DNA from: Trichoplax adhaerens
Taxonomy: Eukaryota; Animalia; Placozoa
Direction: 5' to 3'
Length of the DNA stretch: 64,000 nt
Assembly: GCF_000150275.1 (NCBI RefSeq)
Contig: NW_002060949.1
Span: 1,609,836-1,673,835 of the forward strand
Under the pieces are notes generated by a model, which saw nothing but the letters and a program-made list of their open reading frames with translations, had not been told where the DNA came from and searched no databases. Shown here piece by piece: positions 13,840 to 24,499 of the stretch. Positions within the stretch are counted from its first letter, which is position 1, and each line of letters opens with the position of its first letter. A program made the position numbers and the translations under genes.

Positions 13840-16800
13840 TTAATCTTCCTGATGGTCATGATCTTCCTCTTGGACACTGGCAGTCGTTACTGACATGTCA
13901 GGTGGGCCTTCGTCGTCATCTTCGTGAGCCTAAACGCACAACGGAAAATTGTTAGGACCTTCCATGTTAGAAGTTAGTATAACATCTATTACAAAATCTA
14001 TTTAACCGCAGCTTCTTCCTCTTTGTTCTGTTCCTCACGTTCTTCTTCTTCTTCTTCTTTTTTGTCGTCTTCTGGAGTTTCGCTATAAATATAACAGTAG
14101 TGATTAAGCATTTGCAATAGCCAGATCATAAGAAAATTTTTAGAATTACTTACTCCTCTGCCGCTGGTGCTTCTTCGTTTGGAGTGTCTTCGTTAGCATC
14201 TGAGTCACGTTTCTCTTCAGCCTCCTCTCTATCAGAGTGCTCTTCAGCTTCATGCTCATCAGCTGGTTGTTCTAGGATATTATAAATTCGCAGATTGTTA
14301 GAAAGGTAAAAATTTAGACATTTCTAAAAAGTTAATACCTACCTTCTCTGTTTTCAGGTTCTTCCGGTTCTTCCTCCTTAGGTGGAACGCCTAACGCATA
14401 TACAGTTATTTTATTAGCAACAATTTATAAACATTTACTGACTAGGGATATTTGTCTTACCTCCAATGCGTGGTGGTGAAGACAACCTTTTACTAGAAGT
14501 TCTGTTAAACTCAGGTGGAGGTCGGTTGATATCATTAGCATTCTTAGCTTGATGTTGAGTACGACCACTATTTAGAACAAACAGTATAGAGAAGATGCAT
14601 TAAGAATAACGATGACTAATATTTTTTTATTGTACTGCATTCGATGATGATTGAACCTATATCGGAATTTGGATCCAAAGCGGAGGAAAGACTTCTTTAC
14701 TGGCTTCTCTGGAGTTAGCAATCTATTTCGTAAACAGAACGCGAACAAAGTGTACTGTAAATTATCACAACTACCTTAGTTGCATAATTACTGCATATAC
14801 CGTATTGCAATTATATCACTACAAAAAGTAATTTAAATGGTACGTTTAATTAATTACCTAAAGAAGGCGTGATTTTCTATACAGACTTTCCACAGTCTTT
14901 TAGCTTCGGTAACAGATGCAAGGCGGAATCCAATCTTCTTTTCATAATTTTCATTCTGTAAGATTGCAATTACGTTACCACAATCTTATCACAATATCTA
15001 CAAAAGGTTTCAAAACGACCATACCTGTGCAGGGCGTACTTTAATGTAGAACTTCTTTTTCTTGTACAAGATTTGCAAGATTTGAGGCCTTTTAATTATG
15101 AAACATGTTAGATCGAAGCGGATTTATGTAGCTGTAAGATATAAAGTTAATTTTTATAATTACCATGCAAATCGGTTGATTCGCAGTTGATCACGGTAGA
15201 CGTATAATCCATTAGCAGAAACGCCAATTTCGATCTTTACAGCCTCGTTGTCCTGAAGGGCGAAGCCAAACATTTATTAACTCAGACGTAATTTATGCAG
15301 TGCGAATGAATAATTCAACGCAAAAATACTTACAAAGGCAAAGTATTTTTCAACACCATAAAGTGCCAATTTTTTAGAATTTTCTAAGAAATGAGCTTCA
15401 GCGTCAGCGGGCGTTTGTCCTCTACACGAATTTAAATTATTCGGTATTTTATTAGCAATACAGTATTTTCGGGATTTGATAACATCAAATGGTACATACT
15501 CTATTTCTTTGTGATATTTCATTACTATTTGTTCCAATTCTTCAGACTGATAAAAGGAGAATATATGGAATTCAGTGATGTACTAAATCATATCTACATT
15601 AATGGGTAGTCTTACCTGCACATCATCTGGAGCAACTTGGAATTCACTAACGTAATTGCCAATACAAGTTTCTGGATCGTAATCACCAATCTCAGCTAAT
15701 TTTTGGAAGAAGAAGCATAGAAATAGTTAGTTATGCGGGATTACATTGCTAAAGCACTCCATACGGACGTAGTTAAAATTTTGACCCTACCTTGAACTGT
15801 ATAGGCACCTAGCAATGCGTAAGTGTTAAATGAGCAAGGCAACCTTTAAAAGGGATAAAAAATATATTTTAACAATCAATATATCAAATAAATTACAACA
15901 AAGTTAGGCTTCAGTCATTGCTACGAACTTTCCAGACATGAGATCTTTTCTGACTTGTAAGACAAAGAAGTATCTGAAATCAAAAATTTTAACTTGTTAA
16001 AAATATGGACATTCAGATTGCTAAAACGACCCTTAACTAATGTACCTTGTTATATCCTCATGTAACTGGCTTGGGTTGTTACTGTAAAACTTTACGCCAA
16101 AGTAGAAGTTTGGTTCATTTCCTATCAGAAACAAAACAAAATTATAACATCAAATAAGGACTCACAACAAGTACGGCTGTCCTAGGTTACGCAGATTTGA
16201 AAGGTAATCGTTCCAATCGAACACATTGAAAATAAACTAACAAATCCTTATCTTACCTTTCAATTGGCGTTTTATCGACTTCAAAGGATATATCCAGTTC
16301 TATACATTGTATTAAATAGAGTGCTAAGAAAGATATGTAGTTTCTTATATGATCGAAAAACTAAAGTTGAAAGATATTTTTTATAAGCTGATACTGTAAA
16401 AGAATTCTGTGCTATTTACAAGTATTCGCTGAAATAAACAGAACAGCACAGCAGATATTATCCTCAGAACGAGAACTTGTATGGTACCTTGTTGTTTGCA
16501 GCATCCAAGAAATAAACGCCAAAGTAATCCTTCTCTTCAAGGTTTAATTGCTGAGATACCTTGTCAAACAGCACATTACCTTTGGCTTTTAACTACAAAT
16601 ATAAAAAGTTTTTTACGATCAAGAATTCGAAAACTTTAGAGACAAGCAAGAAAATTAGAATAGTCCTGGAATACTAAAGCAATCTGATGTGCATAAGAAC
16701 AGGCACTGCTGTACTTACGCTATATTTATAGCAACGTCTGAGTTGTATAACTACAACACAGTGTTTATTAAGGTATAATGGGCGAGCGTTCACTATATAC

Positions 16801-19800
16801 TTTCATAATGAAATACTGTAAATATTAACAGTTAAAAACAACGAGTACAGTACTATTAGAAGAACCGTTGTGTAGAATGGTAATGGTGTCAACGATAGAT
16901 ACGAAGAAGCATAATCTTTACCGCGTTAAGTTTGCATTTGTGTATGAAATTATCAACATCAAGAGCTAAGCAAGTATCAGTAGTCTATTTAATTTTAGGG
17001 CTAGTCCTAAAACAGCGATCATTATAATATGCTTAGATTTGTTTAAGCCAAAAGTTTTTTACGCGATCTGTCGTGCTATACACTGGATGTACGCGTATAC
17101 TTGCTTTAGCAAGGTTAAGCGTCAGGTTTGAACGGCTACATAGCTAAATTACAACAAGAATTCAGTTCATTTTATACTGTACGCCTAAACTAAAAATATC
17201 TAGTCTGAACACTTTTTACCGTGCGTATTTTATACTGTACAGTACATACGGTAACTAAGTTGTCATAAAATTATTCATGGGCGAAAATCAGTTTACAGCA
17301 TGATTGAAACATTAATACACTGTATAGTAGTTGCATTCTTTTCTAGTAAAGCTCTTTAATTTAAAGATCTCTACAGGGGTTTACAAAACTTTTGTTATTG
17401 ATCACCGTTTACTTTACAGACAATGCAGTCAACGTAAGCCCATATGGAAAAATACGCATTTTTTGCCTGATTTGCTAATAGCTGCTAAAGGACAAGAATT
17501 CAAAATTTACACAACTCTTATTAACTGGTAATATTTTTCTACCGGATTGTTACGTCTGGAATGCAATCTTATAAGCAGGAAAAAGCCTCAATACAGTACG
17601 AAATATTCTGCAACATTCGGCCAACACCGTAATTGACTAAATCCAAAACATTTTAGATTAGCCAGTGTCGCCACATTGTTTCCTCATAATGTAATTCTAT
17701 TGTATTACTTCATACTATTTCTTAAGAAAACACTTTTTATTATTTTTCTTCTTTAACGTAATAAATTACTCCATCGTATAGAAATTTGACTACAGCGTCA
17801 AATTTCTAGCAATACATTTCCGACTTTGATACTGTACATAATTTCTTGTGGTTGCAATTGAGATCTCCATAATTATATTATTTATATTATTGAAAGCGTA
17901 CTAACTGTACGTAAGATTGGCATGCAAACTTACGCAACGCAACGCAAATGTTGTAAAATTTCAAAATGGGTGGTGGTAAAAATAGAACTTTCTACCGAAT
18001 TCCCAAGGTGGGCCTTTTTTACTATTGTTTATTCCATGTGATATGTTGCGCTAATGGAACTGTTACTCTTTAAACTGGTCTTTAACTAATTATTAGATGC
18101 CTATGAATTCTTTGTAAATGTGATCGCTATTTGGACACTATAGGGGCTCTTTCAGATAGGATATAGTATTATGCTGCAAATTAAGCCCTTTTCAACTAGA
18201 ATCTGAGAAAAACAAGAGATTCACTCTTAGATTTAATTACAATTGCGAAAGGTGCCGCTTGTTGCGAAGCTTTACCAGCGCAAAGTCAAAATGGAACAGG
18301 TCAAGTAGAAAGCTATGTAGTATTACGATATTTTTAAGAATCACTAAAGCTCAGAAAAAAAAGCAGAGATATAGTATGTTAAATACTCTCGTCTCTATCC
18401 AAACCAACTGACGCTGCTAGTTTGAGTGAATTATAAGCAACACGCTAACAATGGCAAATTAGCGATATACATACTGTATGACCGTAAAGAAAACACAGTG
18501 CGAATTTCATGTAAACTATCTTGCCTTCGGACCTCAACCAGAATTATAGTAGTCGACGTTATTTACATAAGAAACATCTAAGCCACTGCACCAAATGAAC
18601 AATCTGTCTATAAAGTAACTCGAGACACATGAAGGCAAAATACGCCAAATGTTGGAACGATTTTTCATTTAATACAGTGCTCGTTGTTAACAGTTATTGA
18701 CGATTCTGTACTGGGTTTCTTAGACGCTATACTGTATAATTTGTGTGATAATGTACAGTAAAGTAAGTAAATTTAAGCTTGATCGTCATGAACATGGTAT
18801 AGTACAGTAACGAGCGGCTTAACCACAATAGCCAGGAACTCTAATTAAAAGTATATTATCGACTAGTTTCTTCACTGAATAGAGGGCTAGTGAGAAGCTT
18901 CACATTCATTATGCTTTTTCTGTTTTTGGTAACTGCTGTCCTACTGTAACAGTTGGACAAGCATTCACAAAACTCGTAGTAGGTTTTACAATTAAATTAA
19001 ATATGACACGCTAGTGTAATCCACGGTATGAGGTTATAGTATGAACTTTTTAAATATTTTTTTACTTGTCGGGAAAGAGTAGCTTACAAAAGTGCTAAAA
19101 TAGCATATTTATGACGTGGTACAATAAAACTAGATAGCAGTTGCAACCTGAATGGGCGAGTCCTTCAGAAAAATGCTGTAGTAAAAGATTACAGAACTGA
19201 ATGCTACAAGCAATATATCGAGTCGACATAATCAGGGGTAGCATGTACAGTATGATAGAACTGGTCAATCTATGATTTGTCGTTGGATTTGTGACTATTT
19301 CTGTATAAAAGCAGGAAAAGCTGCTAAGAAAATAATATTTTCAATAGTTTCAGCTGCAGATATCACTCCGTTCTGCGATGTTATCTTTTTATATGAAGTT
19401 ACGGGGTGGAGTTGTAACTATGAAGTTGCAGAAAAAAATTTAGACAGGGAAACTTACAAACAAACACCCAGCTATGCAACTAATGCAAGTAAATTGTAGT
19501 ATATATCTAAATGTATCTTAAGAGATGACAATCAATGTTTTTTACACGGAATAGAAATTATCAGTATCCGTTAACGCTAGAATCAGAATTAGTAGTCATG
19601 CGTTTGTCCGCCAGTACGAATTATTTGTGATTCGTAAAGCTGGAGTATACTACAGCAAAAGTTCCGCGTGGTAGTTTCTGATAAAAAAATCCTTTCAAAT
19701 ATATAGAAATTCATGCTAAAGTACTTCTTCAAAATAGCGTTGTCACTACTGTACAACGTGAAAAGAACCTTCTATCAAAAAAGAATCGGGTTGGCTATAT

Positions 19801-21272
19801 CATTCTTTTAATTAAAAAGAATAGCATATAGCGCCACCTTGCAAGTGTTTTCTTGCAAATCGTGATTTATCTAGAACAGTCGTTGTTATCTTATGAAATA
19901 ACAAATATTACAAAAGCTTATCCTTGTTGTATAGTGGTACATAAGCGATAAAAATCAATTTATATCTCAATAAAGGGTTTAAACTGATTAAGCGGATAGA
20001 CTTAGTGATAATATAGCGAACACAGTAGGAGCAAAGATTACTATTACGTTTAAATATATGGTCGATAAAGTGTTGTAAATTCGATTTGACTTCGGACCGA
20101 CCGGCTATGTACAACAGATTTTACTGCATCACCCAGTCAGCAGGGGTGACAAGGTAGCGCAGCACGTGCGTCTACATCATTACTAGTAATGTCGGAAATT
20201 CATCTCATAGCTAGAATAAAAATTTTCGAATCTTTTTAATAGATAACGCTAAGTAAATCTGAGAAAAAATTGCCCAACTTAAGTTCTGTTAGCGTTGCTT
20301 GGATTAACAATATGTCACAAGCGAATAGAATAAAAAGAGGTCTACATGCACGTACATGCAGCGAATCGTCTAAGACAACAGCCAAGCGCATCAAAAAAGG
20401 GTGTTATTAATACGTTTAAAGTGTACCGTGCCGTATCGCACGGTACACCCTTCAGAGCAGACTACAGGGTCAATAAAACTCAGAAACAGGTTTACCTTAA
20501 AGTTACTTTTTTAATGTAGGAAAAAGTCCTTAAATTTATCGTCTAAACGCAAAATAATTGTCAGCAATTGATTTTACTGCTAGAAGATACAACTTAGTGC
20601 CTATTGTACCAAAGGGTATCTGGATAAATATCCACATTAAAGAAACAAATTCACCTTTTCCACCGATGTCGGTAGGTGTTAAGATGTAGAGAAAAATGCC
20701 GACACCAACGCGTACTGTACACTTGGAACACTTTGTATAGCTCTGTCCATAGTGAAAACGTTCTTGTCATACTAATAACTGTTAAGTCAAGTGCTGTATC
20801 GGACAGAGATAGCGAGTTCAACAAGGAAAACTTAGTACTATGGGCAATGCTGCAAAATGTGCCAGCAACACTGGCACTATCGCGGTTCAGCGCGTAGCAA
20901 ATGGTTGCAAAATCAATCATGAAATCATGATTCAAGGCGTTGAATTCCCCCCAAAATTTGCCACCTTTGATTGTATCACAGTGAACCGTCTGCCAGTCAC
21001 AATCATGACTTTACACATTATAGTTTGCACTATGCACAACGACCGTATTCAAACTTTGAACCTATTAGTTTCACCCGGTACAGTACCATGCGTGTGTGTA
21101 AAAGGGAACTTCTGATGCAAGAATGCTATCTGGCCCCGGACATCCAAGGAGTAACTTTTTAAAATTTACATTTGTAAAATAAAAAATGAAGTAGTTCAAA
21201 CGATGTACTTACATCCAAATCGCATTTAAATTCGGTGTCGTCTAATAATTTGACTTTGCACGTTGCCCTCAT
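13840..21272 (-). CDS. EPB41: Band 4.1 / coracle-family FERM + FERM-adjacent domain protein with acidic tail, multi-exon
   Basis: Exon 1 21272-21213 ([20 protein letters not shown]), exon 2 16592-16488 ([24 protein letters not shown]), then [117 protein letters not shown] domain FGSKFRYSGRTQ, Glu-rich tail, TAA at 13842-13840. The symbol is family-level. Confidence 0.9.
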
Positions 21273-21409
21273 GTTGATGTAGTTAGTTCAAGCCGTGTAA
21301 CGTATTTTGCAAAAATGGACAAGACAAAGCGCTATGCCGCACAACCAAACTAAGAACGCTCGGAGATAAACGGCGGGTAAGACTGCTGCTGTCCGCGTCG
21401 AGTAACTGT

Positions 21410-21456
21410 GTGATCACGTGCCACCGAACGCGGTGGCAATTGTTAATGATTGGCTA
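21410..21456 (-). promoter_or_regulatory. Candidate proximal promoter of the FERM gene (E-box, inverted repeat, CCAAT)
   Basis: CACGTG, the inverted repeat TGCCACCG-aacg-CGGTGGCA, and ATTGG (CCAAT on the - strand), about 140-180 bp upstream of the ATG. Confidence 0.4.
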
Positions 21457-21509
21457 AAAAGTTAGCGTCAGTTATGACATAAATCACTGACTGTTAATAC
21501 AATACATTA

Positions 21510-24415
21510 CTGCCCTGAGTACAGTACTGTATTATCACCGCTGTGCCATGCTGAACTACAGTGTACTGTATAGTATGTACACAGTGCGATCGTGTGGATG
21601 ATACAGTACAAAACATGTTAATACAAAATAGTAGAGTACAATACTGTACGTACAGTACAGTACAGTACAGTACAGTATTCAAATAGAAAAGAACTACAGT
21701 ACAGTACTGCACGGATATACTGTACTGTACACTGTAAAGTACAGTGTACTGTACTGTATAGTATCGTATCGTACACGAATACGGTGTTTGATTACACCGT
21801 GACGGTATCATGCTCTATCATAGAAAAATCGTAGAAAAGAAGACCAGTAAGGAGTCCTTGATCCTAAAGTACGCATAGAAGGAAGTAATGCGGTTGCATG
21901 CTTTTATAACTCCAATTATGATTAGTGGAATTTAAATATGTACATAAATGTTCAATGCTATCAGACAAGTCAATCATTGTTTATTATTGAGTCATAACCA
22001 ACAAAGAAAGAGGTATGTCGTTAACAATACAAAAAATAGTTGGTTAGTGTTAAAAAAGTATTGTACAAACACAGTACAGTACACTACTGTACTATATACA
22101 TGCATATGCCTGAATACAGTTACTAGTTACTACAATACACATGAACTGTAGGGACAGCCATTTGCAATACAAAATCAAGACCAACAAAATTTGTACATAT
22201 TCGCAGCCTTAAGCCTCGCTTTAACCCTTAAACTACGCTAACCCTAACCCTAAGCAGGTTCTTGAATCAGAACCGTACCTAGACTTGCGTTTCAGCGTAT
22301 TTTTACTGTAAAGTACAGTACAGTACTGTACTGTACGTAGGTCAGTCTACTGTACTGTATCATTTACATTACATACTGTACATGTACACTTGTACAGTAA
22401 CTTATATAACTGACTTAAATTGATGAAGTAATGCAATTCATTGATTGATCTTATTTATTGAATAATTTTTTTTTTATTATTACAGTACAGTAATTATTAT
22501 CCTGTTAATAACTCTCCATGCTCTCTAGTGAGAATAATGTGTCTGCTCCTTTCATTCCTGAGTTTTTAAAAAGCAGCAGGGGTCAATGACTCACAGTCAC
22601 CTACAGAAAGTCTCATTTATAAAGGCTGTCTGTCCTATGAAACAAATAGCGGTCACATACTGTTGTACTGTACTGTACTGTACTATAATGTCTCACTGAT
22701 GAGCCTGAGGCTTGGCTATAATTCAAATAATGCTTGATTAACTGAATTTATTAATTAATTATTATAATCACAATTACCATCATTTACGATTACAACTACC
22801 GTACAACCTGTTTAAGTTCACTCGCGCTCTGAAAGCACAGCACTTTAGTTGTACTGTACAGTGTGCTGTACCATGGATTACTAGAAGTCGACCGGTTTAC
22901 TGTAGTGGCCTACCGTGGTGGTCTTTTGACCACAGGTCTAGTAGCCCAAAGTACAGTACAGTACTGTACTGTACAGTACATAAAGGTAACACCTACAGTA
23001 CCGTATACTGTACATTGTACAGTATATAGTACTGTAAGTAAAACTGAATGGACTTTGTCTTTTATGCACTCCTACCCCTATGTACTATGTACAGTGTACA
23101 CTGTCCACTGTACAGTGTACAGTACACTCATCACTTATGAACTGTTGTACAGTACTGTGCAGTACTGTACTGACTCACGGACTCGCATTATTAAATAATA
23201 GTATCATATTTTTTGTTAGTCCTTAATTTTTTCATAGTTTTCATGTTAAACGGTTAACGTACGCAATAATACAGTATTCTGTATCCCTGTCCCAAACTAC
23301 AGTACTGTACATATCTTACAGTACTGTATTGTACTGTACTGTACGCAATGAAAAAAGAACTTGAGTACTGTACTGTAATGTACAGTATTGTATTGTACTG
23401 TACTGCCCTACAGTACTGTACAGTACACTGTACAGTAGTACTGCATTGTGCAGTATGCCAACTGTTGTGTACAGTACAGTATTACTATCCAGAGTTAATA
23501 CGATACTAACAACTGTATTAAAAGTTAGTACTACTGTACAGTACTGCACACGGCCTCACAGAAGTGCACAAGTTGCTCTCTAATAATGACGATCCGCCCA
23601 GATCTGGAACTTGCTGAGAAATGGACTGACTTAGGGACTAAATTAATAAAAGCGAGAGGAATTCACGGTGGCCGTTCACTGGCTAGAAATAACCAGGATC
23701 ACTCTGTTGCCAAATGGTTGCAGTGTCAAAAATATTCAAAAAAAGTTGTAGTGCTCGTTTTGTGTCCAATTCGGACTGCTATATCAATTCTAAAGTCCGT
23801 AGTCAGTGAGTCAGTGGAGAATAACATTCAACATTATATTATCAACAACGCTGAAATGTACTGTACTACAGAGTACAGAGTTTTCGATGTGACTTTTCTC
23901 AAGTTGGAGCTCTGGCCTTGGTGCGCATGCGTGTTGCATACTACGTAGAAATGGATAGCGTTTGCAGCAGGGTTACAGTGTAGCCTGTTGATGCTCAGCG
24001 ATTACTGTAGTAGCGAGTCTAGTAGAGAGACATTTAGTATACAGTAGATTACTGTATCTGCATAGTACTGTACAAACAGTAGCTTTTAAAAGTCGAGTTT
24101 TAGCAGTGACTTATCTCTTCTCAAGTTCTACCGCGGATACCTACTACGCATGCGTTTTATAGATTCCCGTAATAGAGTACAGTACTGTACTGTACAGTAT
24201 AAACCGAAACTGAACGGTTCTGAACGTACAGTACAGTACTGTACTGTACAGTGTACAGTAGACTACTAAAAGGTTTTCTTTTTAGTAGTCCATGGTACTG
24301 TACACTGTACAGTACTGTACAGTATACTGTATAGCAGCGGGTCTACAGTAGTACTGTATACAGTACTGTAGAGATATGCAGTACAGTACTACAGTACTGT
24401 ACTGTACACAGTCAA
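21510..24415. repeat. Palindromic TACAG/CTGTA low-complexity island 2 (divergent FERM-MED23 intergenic region)
   Basis: Runs such as (TACAG)n at about 21651-21677 and TACAGTACTGTA palindromes throughout, interrupted by complex blocks (about 21790-22060 and 23550-23855). Confidence 0.85.
23922..24155. promoter_or_regulatory. Two NRF1-like sites upstream of MED23
   Basis: TGCGCATGCG at 23922-23931 and the palindrome ACGCATGCGT at 24146-24155. Confidence 0.45.
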
Positions 24416-24499
24416 GACAGCAGCTGATCGACATTTTTCACTTATTGTATGAGTAGAGGACATGATAGCCTACTGCTAGCGTCTCTGCTGTGAACAACA

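Noticed and set aside
20651-21162. Cluster of 63-94 aa ORFs in FERM intron 1
   Set aside because: No recognisable domain or transposase/RT motif; explained by locally higher GC.
22696-22730. CTGATGAG plus short hairpin as a hammerhead ribozyme core
   Set aside because: No GAAA after stem II and no stem I/III pairing.
22900-22945. tRNA A-box-like TGGCCTACCGTGG and hairpin GTGGTC-tttt-GACCAC
   Set aside because: No B box or cloverleaf; not a histone stem-loop context.
21510-24415. CRISPR-like appearance of repeats with spacers
   Set aside because: Eukaryotic context, no fixed-length repeat or spacer periodicity, no cas genes.
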